In this document: positions 19,312 through 29,530 of the stretch, in pieces
How the letters are laid out: each line of letters begins with the position of its first letter
How positions within the stretch are numbered: the first letter of the stretch is position 1
Assembly: GCA_963707215.1 (NCBI GenBank)
Contig: CAVPPB010000003.1
Coordinates: 800,001-864,000, forward strand
Reading direction: 5' to 3'
Source: an uncultured Chloroflexia bacterium
GTDB taxonomy: Bacteria > Chloroflexota > Limnocylindria > Limnocylindrales > CSP1-4
DNA: 64,000 nt
Translations under genes and position numbers: made by a program
Notes under the pieces: generated by a model
Told to the model about the DNA's origin: nothing
Databases searched by the model: none
The model's input: only the letters and a program-made list of their open reading frames with translations

Positions 19312-20744
19312 GGGACCGGCGGCAGGACCTTGCCCGGATTGAGGATCCCGAGCGGATCCAGGGCGGCCTTGATGGCCCGCATCACCCGGACCGCGTCGGC
19401 GCCTCGCTGGGCCTCGAGGTACGGAGCGCGGGAGATGCCGACGCCGTGCTCGCCGGTCATCGAGCCGCCGAGATCCATGGCGATCGCGTAGAGCTCCCCG
19501 CTGAGGACGTGGGTCAGCTCTTCGGCCCGCGGGTCGTCCCGCTCGAACACGAAGTTCGGGTGGAGGTTGCCGTCGCCCGCGTGCCCGAAGGTGGCGCAGC
19601 GGACCTCGTATCGATCGGCCAGCTCACGGACCCGGCGGAGCAGCTCGGCCACCCGGGCCCTGGGAACGACCACGTCCTCCATCCGGGTGACGCCGAGTCG
19701 CTCGAGAGCGTGGAAGGCCTGCCGGCGCCCCTCGCGGAGCCACTCGGCCTCCTGGGGATCGGCCGCCCGGATGACGAAGGACGCTCCGGTCGCCTCGCAG
19801 ACGGTCGCGGCCCGCTCGACCTCCGTCGTCGCCGCCGAGCCCGGCAGGTCCGACTCCACGAGCAGCATCGCCTCGGCCTCACGGTCGAGGCCCAGCGAGA
19901 AGGCGTCGTCGACCGCGGCGATCGTCTCACGGTCCATCAGCTCGAGGGTGACCGGGCCAAGGCCGGCAGCGGCGATGCCGGCGACAGCCCGACCGGCGTC
20001 CTCGACCGACCGGAAGAAGGCCAGCAGCGTCGATCGCGGGGGCGGCGTCGGGCGTAGCCGGAGGGTGGCCTCGGTGATCAGGCCGAGGGTGCCCTGCGAG
20101 CCGACCATGAGGTGGGTCAGCGAGTAGCCGGCGACGTCCTTGAGGTTCCGGCCACCCGTCCGGATGACGGTCCCATCGGCCAGGACGACCTCGAGCGCCA
20201 GGACGCTCTCACGGGTCTGGCCGTACTTCATGCAGCACAGCCCTCCGGCGTTGGTCGAGAGGTTGCCGCCGATCGAGCAGGATTCGTACGAGGCTGGATC
20301 GGGCGCGTAGAAGAGGCCCTTGTCGGCGGCGGCCCGCTTCAGGTCCGCGTTGATCACCCCAGGCTGGACCACGGCCACGAGGTTCGCCTCGTCGATCTCG
20401 AGGATCCGGTCCATCCGCTCGAAGCCGATCGTCAGGGCGCCCTCGATGCCGTTCGCCCCACCGGACATCCCGGTGCCGGTGCCGCGGGGCACGATCGGGG
20501 CTCGATGGGCGGCGGCGAGCCTGACCAGCTCGGCCACCTCGGCCGTGGTCGTCGGCAGGACGACCGCGATCGGCAGCCCCGCTGCAACGTAGGGCGCCTC
20601 GTCCCGGCGGAACCGCTCGCGGTCGACCTCGTCCTCCAGCAGGCGGAGCCCCGGGAGGCCAAGACGGATCGCCGCCACCAGGGCGGGCCCGGCGGCGGGG
20701 TCCGGCTGCGGTGGCGCAGTGGTCGGGGTCGTCGCTTCGGTCAT
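19308..20744 (-). CDS. FAD-linked oxidase, GlcD / D-2-hydroxyacid dehydrogenase-like
   Basis: PRGTGTGMSGG, PDPAS..CSIGGN..NAGG, GHAGDGNLH, GEHGVG, LNPGK. Confidence 0.9.
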   Translation of the reverse strand: MTEATTPTTAPPQPDPAAGPALVAAIRLGLPGLRLLEDEVDRERFRRDEAPYVAAGLPIAVVLPTTTAEVAELVRLAAAHRAPIVPRGTGTGMSGGANGIEGALTIGFERMDRILEIDEANLVAVVQPGVINADLKRAAADKGLFYAPDPASYESCSIGGNLSTNAGGLCCMKYGQTRESVLALEVVLADGTVIRTGGRNLKDVAGYSLTHLMVGSQGTLGLITEATLRLRPTPPPRSTLLAFFRSVEDAGRAVAGIAAAGLGPVTLELMDRETIAAVDDAFSLGLDREAEAMLLVESDLPGSAATTEVERAATVCEATGASFVIRAADPQEAEWLREGRRQAFHALERLGVTRMEDVVVPRARVAELLRRVRELADRYEVRCATFGHAGDGNLHPNFVFERDDPRAEELTHVLSGELYAIAMDLGGSMTGEHGVGISRAPYLEAQRGADAVRVMRAIKAALDPLGILNPGKVLPPVP

Positions 20745-20947
20745 GGCCAGAGGATACGGGCCGCCGGGCGCTCGTGGTCCACCGGTCGGCTCCGTGCTTG
20801 CTGGGATCGTGCCGGCCGGGAGCCGGTGGCATCGCCCCGGACGTTCGGGCCGGTGGCCACCCGGCGCGGTCGGGCGTAGGCTTGTGCCATGTCCGACCGG
20901 GGGTCGGCCCGGGGGTCGACGATGCCGCCTGCGTCGCCGGGGTCCCG

Positions 20948-23398
20948 GTGACCAGCACCGACCGACGACCGAGCCTGGTGGCGGCTCTCACCGCCGCCCT
21001 GCTCGTGGCAGGGATGCTCGTCGGGCCCGCCGCGGCATCTCCCACGACCCTCCTCGCCCCTGCCTCCGATGCCCCGGCGGTCGTCAGCCCGCCGTTCTGG
21101 TCGGGCCCCGTCTCGAGGCTCGCCGGCGCCGACCGCTACGCGACTGCGGCTGCCATCAGCAGGGCGACCTTCCCGAGCCCGCCGGTCCCGGTCGCCTACG
21201 TCGCGACGGGCCGGGGCTTCCCCGATGCGCTCGCCGGGGGACCGGCGGCAGCCGTCGAGGGCGGCCCCATCCTGCTGACCCGCCCGGATCGGCTGCCCGA
21301 CGTCGTCAGGGCCGAGCTGACCCGCCTCCGACCGGGCAGCATCCGGGTCCTCGGCGGCCCGGCCGCCGTCTCGGACGCGGTGGTGGCGGCGCTGCGGTCG
21401 TACACGAGCGGACCAGTGGCGCGGCTGGCGGGCGTGGATCGCTATGCGACCGCAGCCCGGATCGTCGAGAACGTCTTCGGCGCCTATCGGGGACCGGTCT
21501 TCGTCGCCTCCGGCGGCAACTTCCCCGACGCCCTGGCCGGCGGCGCGGCAGCGGCCGCCAAGCGTGCGCCGCTCGCCCTGGCCACCATCGACGACGTCCC
21601 AGGGTCGATCATGGCGGCCCTCGGGAAGCTGACGCCGACGAGCTTCGTCCTGCTCGGCGGCCCGGGCGTCCTCGGCGCCCGCGTGGTCGGCGAGCTCCAG
21701 GCCCGCTACCCGGGCGTCCCGATCGAGCGCTGGTCGGGACCCGACCGCTATGCCACGAGCGCCGCCATCAGCGCGAAGGCCTTCCCGACCGGTGCCGACA
21801 CGGTCTTCGTCGCCACCGGCACGGACTTCCCCGACGCCCTCGCCGGGGTGCCGGCCGCCGGGCTGGCCGACGCGCCGCTCCTCCTGGCCACGAAGGGCTG
21901 CCTGCCGCCGGCCACCTTCGTCGAGCTGCAGCGACTCGACCCGACGTCGGTCGTCCTGCTCGGCGGCTCGTCGGTCGTGGATGGGACCGCCCCGACGACG
22001 GTCTGCGGGCCACCACCCCAGCCGGCCGGATCGGTCGACTGCCTCGACTTCCCGAACCGCTCCCTGGCCCAGGCCTGGTACGACCACTACCTGCCGTGGT
22101 TCGGGGACATCGCGGGGATCGACGACGACGGGGACGGCCAGGCCTGCGAGTCGCTGCCCCCGGGGATCGTCCCAGGCTCCGTCGACCGGACCTCGATCCA
22201 GCTGCGGGCGACCTATGACGTCAAGGCGACCCTGGGGTTCGACAGCCGTGCCCTCGGCACCGACACCACGATCACGGCCAGGAACGACTCGGGGGCCGGG
22301 ATCGACCGGGTCGAGCTCAACACGATCGCCGCCCGGCTCGGAGCCATGCGGGGCCTGGCCGCCTGGGTCGACGGCCGCAGCGTGCGTCCGTCGGTGACCG
22401 ACCAGACGATCGTCGTCCCGCTCGGGGGCGTCCTGCCGGCCGGGGGGACGACGACGATCCGGGTCGTCTTCCGGGCCACCCTTCGGTCCGGGGTGAGCGG
22501 GTCGGACTGGCTGTTCACCCGGGCGAACGGCATCGTGGACCTCTATCGCTGGATCCCGTGGGTCAGCCTGCGCCGGCCCTTCGACCGCCCGAACCACGGC
22601 GACCCCTTCGTCACGCCGGTGAGCCCGCTCGTGCGGGTCAGCCTGACCACCGACCGGGCGCTCGTCGTCGCCCAGGCCGGCCGGCGGGTCTCCGTGTCCG
22701 GGCTGACCCAGGTCTTCGAGGCGCGCGACGTCCGGGACTTCGTGCTGACCGCCGCCCCCGACTTCCGGACCGGCAGCCGGACGGTGAACGGCGTCCTGGT
22801 CCAGGCCTTCGTCCGGCCCGGCGTCAGCAGCTCCGCACGGGTCGAGGCCGCCGCCACGGCGGTGGCCCGGATGACGGCCAAGCTGGGCTCCTTCCCGACG
22901 ACCTACCTGGCCGTCGCCCAGTCGGCCGGCGGCTACGGGATGGAGGGACCGGGGATCATCTGGATCCCGGGCTCCGTGTCGTCGTCATCGCTGCCGTACC
23001 TGGTCACCCACGAGACCGCCCACCAGTGGTTCTACGCCGCGGTCGGCAACGACCAGGCCAACCACCCGTTCGTGGACGAGGCGGCGACCGACTTCCTCGC
23101 CCGCCACGTCCTGGGCATGCGCCGGGCCAGCCAGTGCAGCGCGGGCCGCCTCGACCTCTCGATCTACGGCTACACAGCCGCCTGCTACTACGAGCGGATC
23201 TACGTCCAGGGCGGCAACCTGATCGACGACCTCCGGCGGCGGATGGGCGACACCGCCTTCTGGCGGGCGATGCGCGCCTACGTCGCGGCGAACCGCCTGG
23301 GCATCGCCGGCCGGCGCTCGCTCCCAGACACCCTCGACGCGGGGACGCCCCTCGACCTGCGCCCGTACATCGCCCCGCGGTTCCCGGCCTGGTACTGA
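20948..23398 (+). CDS. Secreted protein: 3x cell-wall-binding repeat 2, Excalibur-like Ca-binding motif, M1/gluzincin peptidase
   Basis: Three RL.G.DRYAT..FPDALAG repeats; DC.DF..AQAW..DDDGDGQACESLP; GGYGME and HETAHQWF..DEA. Confidence 0.85.
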   Translation: MTSTDRRPSLVAALTAALLVAGMLVGPAAASPTTLLAPASDAPAVVSPPFWSGPVSRLAGADRYATAAAISRATFPSPPVPVAYVATGRGFPDALAGGPAAAVEGGPILLTRPDRLPDVVRAELTRLRPGSIRVLGGPAAVSDAVVAALRSYTSGPVARLAGVDRYATAARIVENVFGAYRGPVFVASGGNFPDALAGGAAAAAKRAPLALATIDDVPGSIMAALGKLTPTSFVLLGGPGVLGARVVGELQARYPGVPIERWSGPDRYATSAAISAKAFPTGADTVFVATGTDFPDALAGVPAAGLADAPLLLATKGCLPPATFVELQRLDPTSVVLLGGSSVVDGTAPTTVCGPPPQPAGSVDCLDFPNRSLAQAWYDHYLPWFGDIAGIDDDGDGQACESLPPGIVPGSVDRTSIQLRATYDVKATLGFDSRALGTDTTITARNDSGAGIDRVELNTIAARLGAMRGLAAWVDGRSVRPSVTDQTIVVPLGGVLPAGGTTTIRVVFRATLRSGVSGSDWLFTRANGIVDLYRWIPWVSLRRPFDRPNHGDPFVTPVSPLVRVSLTTDRALVVAQAGRRVSVSGLTQVFEARDVRDFVLTAAPDFRTGSRTVNGVLVQAFVRPGVSSSARVEAAATAVARMTAKLGSFPTTYLAVAQSAGGYGMEGPGIIWIPGSVSSSSLPYLVTHETAHQWFYAAVGNDQANHPFVDEAATDFLARHVLGMRRASQCSAGRLDLSIYGYTAACYYERIYVQGGNLIDDLRRRMGDTAFWRAMRAYVAANRLGIAGRRSLPDTLDAGTPLDLRPYIAPRFPAWY

Positions 23399-23402
23399 GA
23401 GC

Positions 23403-24284
23403 TCAGACCCCGGACAGCAGACCGGCCGTCCGCCGGTCGGCGGCCCGGGCCTGGGGCATCCAGCGCAGCGAGGTCGGGATGAACGGACGCCAGGAGCGCC
23501 AGCCGGCCAGCAGCCAGCGTGCGACCACGCGGCGCTCGGACGACCACCTGATGCCGTACTCCTCGCGGAGCGAGGGCGGCAGCAGGCCGATCGCTGGCCA
23601 GAGCGCCCAGTCGTAGGCCGCCGACGGGACGGCGTCGAGGAGGGGCCGAGCGGCCGGGACCAGCGGTCCCAGCGCCGGCTGGAGGACGTGGCCCGCCAGC
23701 TCCCGCGAGATGGCGCTCGGGTGGACCGGACCGTCCGGGCCGAGCATCCTGGTGACGTACGCCTGGAAGGCAGCGAGATCACCCGGCAGACGGTCGGCCG
23801 GGATCCCCAGCGCACGTCCGACCGGCAGCGTCTCGGCGTAGAAGCGGGCGGCCCGCTCCCGCGACAGCGGCTCGAGCCAGCGGTCGTAGGCCACGATCGT
23901 GGAGTCGACCAGGGTCGCGTGGACCCACAGCGAGAGATCGGGGTCGGCGGCCGTGTAGGCGGGACCGAACCGCGCCGCCACTCCCTCGTCCCGCACGGGA
24001 CCACGGACCGGCAGGTGTCGCCTCCGGAGTCGCTCCACCTCGGCCCGGGCGGCCGGCGTGGAACCGTAGACGATCGTCAGGTAGCTGCGGAGCGTCGCCT
24101 GCAGCCGGCTCCACGGGTCCGCCCGGAACGACGAGTGCTGGTCAACGCCCTCGGCCACCAGCGGGTGGGCGATCTGCATCAGGAGCGCCCGCGGACCGGC
24201 GCCCAGGAGCAGGAACGCCTCCCGGTCGAGCCGCCAGGCTTCGGAGCCGGGGCCGTACAGGCCGACCCGCGGGTCGTCGATCAC
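23403..24284 (-). CDS. MpaB / DUF2236 oxygenase family protein
   Basis: GPGSEAW..ALLMQIAHPLVAEGVDQHS.F..RL..T, Y.AADPDL.LWVHATL. Confidence 0.9.
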   Translation of the reverse strand: MIDDPRVGLYGPGSEAWRLDREAFLLLGAGPRALLMQIAHPLVAEGVDQHSSFRADPWSRLQATLRSYLTIVYGSTPAARAEVERLRRRHLPVRGPVRDEGVAARFGPAYTAADPDLSLWVHATLVDSTIVAYDRWLEPLSRERAARFYAETLPVGRALGIPADRLPGDLAAFQAYVTRMLGPDGPVHPSAISRELAGHVLQPALGPLVPAARPLLDAVPSAAYDWALWPAIGLLPPSLREEYGIRWSSERRVVARWLLAGWRSWRPFIPTSLRWMPQARAADRRTAGLLSGV

Positions 24285-24307
24285 CGGGCCGGGACGGACG
24301 GGGCTCT

Positions 24308-24976
24308 TCAGCGTTCCTGGGGGCTCCGCTCGACGACCCACCAGGCGAACGGGAAGACGGCCCCGGCGAGCGCCAGCTTGACCAGGTCGCCGACGAGGAA
24401 CGGTGCCAGCCCCTGGGCGATCGTCTGGCTGAAGGTCAGGTCGGCCGCGATCCAGAGCCACGGCAGGCCGACGGCATAGATGACCGCGTTGCCGACGGCC
24501 ATCGCTGCGATCGCACCGCCCAGATGTCGGTCCCAGCCCAGCTCGGCGAGCTTCCCGACGACCATCGCGGCCACGACGAAGCCGATGAGGTAGCCGCCGG
24601 TGGCGCCGAGGACGATAGCCCCATCCTGTCGGGTCGCGAAGGTGTCGAGGCCCGACTGCCCACCGGCGTAGACCGGCAGGAACAGCCCGAGGGCCAGGTA
24701 CAGCCCCGTGGCCAGGCTCGCCCGCCGCGCACCGAGCGCTCCGCCGACGAGCAGCACCGCGAACGTCTGGCCGGTGACCGGCACCGGCGAGCCCGGGACC
24801 GGGAACCGGACCTGGGCGGCGAGGGCGATGACGATCGCTCCGGCGACGATGAGCGCCAGGTGCCGGGCGAACGGCCGCATCCGCTCGGCGACCCGCACGG
24901 GAACGAGGAAGTCCGCGAGGGTGATCCCACGTTCGGCGGCCGGGAGGCGATTCAGCGACGGCACGGAGAACGTCAC
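24308..24976 (-). CDS. bioY: Biotin transporter BioY
   Basis: PVPVTGQTFAVLL.G..LG, LPVYAGG, GATGGYLIGF, PFLVGDLVK. Confidence 0.92.
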   Translation of the reverse strand: MTFSVPSLNRLPAAERGITLADFLVPVRVAERMRPFARHLALIVAGAIVIALAAQVRFPVPGSPVPVTGQTFAVLLVGGALGARRASLATGLYLALGLFLPVYAGGQSGLDTFATRQDGAIVLGATGGYLIGFVVAAMVVGKLAELGWDRHLGGAIAAMAVGNAVIYAVGLPWLWIAADLTFSQTIAQGLAPFLVGDLVKLALAGAVFPFAWWVVERSPQER

Positions 24977-25030
24977 CGCGGCGGCGGACCTCCCTCTGGC
25001 GCCCGGACGGTGCCCGGGGTCGTGGGCAGT

Positions 25031-27562
25031 CTAGCGCGGGTCCACGCGCACCGCCCGCACGATCGGCAGGCCGGCTGCCGTCCGGGCCGGATACCAGGCC
25101 GCGAGCATCGCCACACCGAGGCCCAGGACCACGACCAGGCCAAGCGTCGGCCAGGGGATGGCCGGCAGGGTCGCCGACCCATCGGCGACCGCCAGGACGA
25201 TGGTCGCCACGATCAGCCCGCCGACGATGCCCAGGACCACGGCGATGCCGCCCAGGATGCCCGCCTCGACGACGACCATGCGACGGACCTGGCGGCGGGT
25301 CATCCCGGTCGCCCGGAGGATGCCGATCTCGCGGACCCGGTCGACGACGCTCATCGCCAGGGTGTTGACGATGCCGAGGGCAGCGACCGCGACGGCGACG
25401 AGAGCCAGGATGTCGAGCAGGCCGTAGATCCGGCCCAGTGCCTGGGTCACTGCGTCCTGGACGTCGGCAAGGGGAACGGCCTCGAGGCCGTAGAGAGCGG
25501 CGGTCTCGTCGACCACGGTCGCCGTCTGGGGCCCACTGCCGTCGACGTAGCGGACGGCCAGGCTGTCGGCGCCGGTCACCCCGAACGAGCCGGACGCATC
25601 CGGCCAACCGATGAGGACGGCCTCGCCGCCCCGCCCCGGCAGTCCACGCTCGACGATTCCGGCGACCTCGAGCTCGACGACCGGGCCGGTCCCGGGCAGC
25701 AGCTCGATGCCATCACCGACCCCGACGTCGAGATCGAACTGGTCCAGCATCGAGGCCGGCAGGACGACGGCGCCACCGGCATCGAGGGCGGCGAGGGCGG
25801 TCTGGCGGTCCCCCTCGATGAAGGTCAGCCGGCCATCGGCCAGGAGATCGGCCCCGACCACGGCCGAGGCATCCATCCGGTATCCCTGGAAGGCGACGGC
25901 GAAGGTGGCGATCGGCGAGACGCGCTCGACACCGTCGACGGCGGCGATCTCCATGATCGGGCCGCTCTCGTCGATCGGCAGCGGGGCGACGGCCACCAGG
26001 ACGGCATCTCCGGGGATGACGCCCTCGAGCCAGGCCGTGGCGGTCCGGCGGGCGTCGGTGGCGACCGTGGCCAGGGCGACCACGAGGGTCAGGGCGACCG
26101 CCAGGGCGCCCACGGTCATGCCGGTCCGACCCGGATCGCGGGCCAGGGCGCCACGGGCCAGGCGCTCCTCCATGGGGGCGAAGGCGGCGAACGGGATGCC
26201 GACGAGGCGGCCCAGGAGGGGTGCGACGACCGGCGACAGCAGGGCCAGGACGACGAGCGACCCGTAGGCCACGAGCTGTCGGGTCGCGCCGTCGAGGCCC
26301 GGGCCAAGGAGGACGGCGGCGATCGCGACGACGACCGCAACCCCGATCAGCCACCAGGCCCAGGCGCGCCGACCGCGCCGCTGGTCGGCGCGCGACCGGA
26401 GGGCCTCGACGGGCGGGACACGGCCGGCCCGGAGCGCGGGCTCCAGCGCCGCGGCCAGCGTCACCGCGAGGCTGACGACGCCCGCCAGGGCGAGCCCGGC
26501 CGGCGACACGGCCAGCAGGGCCGGCAGGCCGATGGCAGCGCGCACGACCCCCGCCAGGAGGGCCGCCAGGAGGATGCCGAGGCCGAGCCCCAGGGCAGCG
26601 CCTACCACCCCGAGGGCGAGAGCCTGGCGGAGGACCACGCCGACGACCTGGCCGCGGGTCGCGCCGGCCGCCCGCAGGAGGGCGACCTCGCGGAAGCGCT
26701 CGGTCACCGTCATCGAGAGGGTGTTGAAGACCAGGAACGCGCCCGCGAACAGGGCCACGGCCGCCACCAGGGCCATCGTCGATCGGAAGTCGGCCGTCGA
26801 CGCGCGCATCGAATCGGCCAGCTCGTCGGGTGTCGTGAGCACGTACGGTGTCGCGAGGGCCGGCCCGAGGTCGTCGGCGACCGTCTCGGGGACGGCATCG
26901 GGCTCGAGGACCAGGTCGAGCCGGGTCGCGCCGTCGAGACCGAAGAGCGCACGGGCCGTCCCGATCGGCAGGACGACCGTCCGTCCGCCCGAGCCGACGA
27001 CCGGCCCATCGCCACGGACGATGCCGACGACCGTGACGGCGCCCGTGCCGGGCGGGGCCTCGGCAGAGCCCAGAAGCTCGATCTCGTCACCGATGGCCAG
27101 CCCGCTCGCGTCGGCAAGGGTGTGGCTGATGAGCACGCTCTGCTCGTCGTCCCGGACGAGGCCGCTCCCCTCGACGACTTCGATGGTTCGGACCTGTGGG
27201 TCGAGGACCGGGTCGATCCCGAGCACTGCCACCGGGCCCTCGGCGCCCGCGTCGGGCACGAGCCCCGGGAGCAGGTAGGTCCGCCGCTCGATCGAGGGCG
27301 CCGCCACCGCGACACCTGATACGGACCCCGCGCGATCAAGGGCGCTGGCGTCGAAGACCGCGTCGCCGAAGGCAGTCACGGTCAGGTCGGCGCGGCCGAC
27401 GGCGTCGGTCACGGCCTGCTCGACCGCCCGATCGGATCCCTCGGCGGTGACCACCGTCGCCACCAGGACCGCTGCGCCGAGGGCGACGCCGAGGATCGTC
27501 AGGATCGAGCGGATCGGGGCGGCGGTCAGGCTCCGCCAGGCGAGGGCGCCGAGTCCGCCCAC
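25031..27562 (-). CDS. ABC exporter permease, tandem FtsX/MacB type
   Basis: Two NTL.M.V..R.RE..LRA.G.TR.QV motifs; GTG start just after the ATPase stop. Confidence 0.9.
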   Translation of the reverse strand: MGGLGALAWRSLTAAPIRSILTILGVALGAAVLVATVVTAEGSDRAVEQAVTDAVGRADLTVTAFGDAVFDASALDRAGSVSGVAVAAPSIERRTYLLPGLVPDAGAEGPVAVLGIDPVLDPQVRTIEVVEGSGLVRDDEQSVLISHTLADASGLAIGDEIELLGSAEAPPGTGAVTVVGIVRGDGPVVGSGGRTVVLPIGTARALFGLDGATRLDLVLEPDAVPETVADDLGPALATPYVLTTPDELADSMRASTADFRSTMALVAAVALFAGAFLVFNTLSMTVTERFREVALLRAAGATRGQVVGVVLRQALALGVVGAALGLGLGILLAALLAGVVRAAIGLPALLAVSPAGLALAGVVSLAVTLAAALEPALRAGRVPPVEALRSRADQRRGRRAWAWWLIGVAVVVAIAAVLLGPGLDGATRQLVAYGSLVVLALLSPVVAPLLGRLVGIPFAAFAPMEERLARGALARDPGRTGMTVGALAVALTLVVALATVATDARRTATAWLEGVIPGDAVLVAVAPLPIDESGPIMEIAAVDGVERVSPIATFAVAFQGYRMDASAVVGADLLADGRLTFIEGDRQTALAALDAGGAVVLPASMLDQFDLDVGVGDGIELLPGTGPVVELEVAGIVERGLPGRGGEAVLIGWPDASGSFGVTGADSLAVRYVDGSGPQTATVVDETAALYGLEAVPLADVQDAVTQALGRIYGLLDILALVAVAVAALGIVNTLAMSVVDRVREIGILRATGMTRRQVRRMVVVEAGILGGIAVVLGIVGGLIVATIVLAVADGSATLPAIPWPTLGLVVVLGLGVAMLAAWYPARTAAGLPIVRAVRVDPR

Positions 27563-27564
27563 GA

Positions 27565-28317
27565 TCAGAGCCCGACTTGGGCCAGGCGAGCGATCAGGGG
27601 CGCCGCCCCGTGGTCGGTGCGCCGGCCGAGCTTGATCTCGTCGAGCACCCGGCCGTCGCGGACGACAAGGACGCGGTCGGCGTAGGCCGCCGCCTTCGCA
27701 TCGTGGGTGACCAGGACGACCGTCTGTCCGCGCTCGGCGCACGATCGCCAGAGCGCGTCGAGGATCTCTGTCCCGGTCGAGTAGTCGAGGTTGCCGGTCG
27801 GCTCGTCGGCCAGGAGGATCGCCGGGTTCGTGACGACTGCCCGGGCGATGGCGACGCGCTGCTGCTCGCCCGCCGAGAGCTCGTCCGGCCGGTGGCGCTC
27901 CTTGCCGGTCAGCTCGACGAGGTCGATGGCGTCGGCGACACGTTTCGCCGGCTCGCCACGCCGCGCGTCCACCCCGGCGATGGCGAAGGGCAGGGCGACG
28001 TTCTCGCGGACGTCGAGCAACGGGATGAGGTTGAAGGACTGGAAGACGAACCCGGTCCGTTCGCGGCGCAGCCGGGTCGCCGGGTCGTCGGCAAGACCCG
28101 CGATGGCCTGGCCTTCGAGCACGACCTCGCCGCTGGTCGGGCGGTCGAGGCCGCCGAGCAGCTGGAGCAGCGTCGACTTGCCCGAGCCCGAGGGACCCAT
28201 GATCGCGACGAACTCACCCGCCTGGACGGCCAGGGAGACCCCGCGCAGCGCCTCGACCGTGCCGCCGCCGAGCCGATAGGTCTTGGTGAGGTCACGGGCC
28301 TCGAGGACGAGGGTCAT
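27565..28317 (-). CDS. ABC transporter ATP-binding protein (LolD/MacB-like)
   Basis: GPSGSGKST, LSAGEQQRV, LLADEPTGNLD, VTHD. Confidence 0.95.
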   Translation of the reverse strand: MTLVLEARDLTKTYRLGGGTVEALRGVSLAVQAGEFVAIMGPSGSGKSTLLQLLGGLDRPTSGEVVLEGQAIAGLADDPATRLRRERTGFVFQSFNLIPLLDVRENVALPFAIAGVDARRGEPAKRVADAIDLVELTGKERHRPDELSAGEQQRVAIARAVVTNPAILLADEPTGNLDYSTGTEILDALWRSCAERGQTVVLVTHDAKAAAYADRVLVVRDGRVLDEIKLGRRTDHGAAPLIARLAQVGL

Positions 28318-28386
28318 CGTCGAACGCTCCGGTAGATGGGGTTCGGGGGCCAGTGTAGCGGCCGTCGGCGGCGGTGGTGCCTGCCG

Positions 28387-29325
28387 TCAACCCCCCAGGT
28401 AGAAGCCGGCGACGCCAGTGACGATCGAGTCGACGAGGCCTCGCGCGGTGGACGGATCGACGATCCGCAGCCCGGCGGTGGCCCCCGGATCGGTGGGCTC
28501 AGGCGAAGGGTCGGGTGACGGCGACGGGCCGCGCGACGGGACAGGCTTCGGGGAGGCTCCGGAACGGTCGGGCCCGTCCAGGTCGGGCTTCGCGGTCGGG
28601 GTCGGCGTGGGCGTCGGGGTCGGCGTGGGCGCGGCGGTGGCCGCTGGCTTCGCCGTCGGCTTCGGGGTCGCGGCCGGCCTGGACGTCGGCTTCGGCGTCG
28701 CCCCGGGCTTGGTCGTCGGCTTCGGTGTGGGCGCAGGGGTGGGCTTGGGCGTCGGTGCCGGCGTCGGCTTCGGGGTCGGCTTGGGCGTGGGCGCCGGGGC
28801 CGAGCCGCCGCACTTGTCGGCGAAGACCACCGTCCACATCTTCTTGCCGGTCGGGCCCTTGTAGGCACCGATGCCGACAGCGTCCCAGGCCTTGCCCAGG
28901 ATGTTCGCCCGGTGCCCGGACGAGTCCATGAACGACTTGTGGATCGCGGCCGTGGCGACGTCGTCCGGGTAGTTGTTCCAGCCGATGTTCTCGCCCGCCG
29001 ACACGAAGCAGTAGCCGCGCTCCTTCAGGATCGAGAAGACGTTCTTCCCCGACGGCGGGATCGAGTGGCTGAAGTAGTCGCGGACGATCATGTCCTTGCT
29101 GCGCCCCCGGGCGATGTCGCGCAGCGCGGCGTCCATCTTCAGGGGAGCGAGACCGGCCGACGCCCGGGCCTGGTTGTGGAGCTTCAGCAGCTGGTCCTCG
29201 GACCCGGACGAGAAGGCGCTCGGATCCCACGCGAGGGCGGCGTGCGGGACGGCCAGGCCGGCGAACGAGGAGGCCGTGAAGGCCAGGGCGACGATGAAGG
29301 CGAGGCGGGCGATCGGGCGTCGCAT
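28387..29325 (-). CDS. Secreted CAP (SCP) domain protein with Pro/Thr-rich stalk
   Basis: Signal peptide; [26 protein letters not shown]; GGAGG RBS. Confidence 0.9.
   Translation of the reverse strand: MRRPIARLAFIVALAFTASSFAGLAVPHAALAWDPSAFSSGSEDQLLKLHNQARASAGLAPLKMDAALRDIARGRSKDMIVRDYFSHSIPPSGKNVFSILKERGYCFVSAGENIGWNNYPDDVATAAIHKSFMDSSGHRANILGKAWDAVGIGAYKGPTGKKMWTVVFADKCGGSAPAPTPKPTPKPTPAPTPKPTPAPTPKPTTKPGATPKPTSRPAATPKPTAKPAATAAPTPTPTPTPTPTAKPDLDGPDRSGASPKPVPSRGPSPSPDPSPEPTDPGATAGLRIVDPSTARGLVDSIVTGVAGFYLGG
28585..28800 (-). repeat. Coding low-complexity PTPKPTPA repeats
   Basis: GTCGGCTTCGGG / GTCGGCGTGGGC-type short repeats encoding the Pro/Thr stalk. Confidence 0.85.
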
Positions 29326-29530
29326 CGGCTGGCCGGTCCTCCGTCGAGCGGGCGCCACCGGCTGGGACCGATGACCACGGGCAGAACGTACGACCGGGAG
29401 GTACCCACGACCGCGACCCGGTCGTCATGGGGCACCGGACCCGGGGGTACCACTCCCGCCGCCACCCGGGGGTCAGCGACCGCCCCGGAGCACCCCAGGC
29501 CGGGACGAAGCGCACCGTCTGCGGCGGTCG

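Noticed and set aside
28585-28800. CRISPR-like or non-coding repeat array
   Set aside because: Degenerate in-frame repeats encoding a Pro/Thr stalk; no spacers or cas genes
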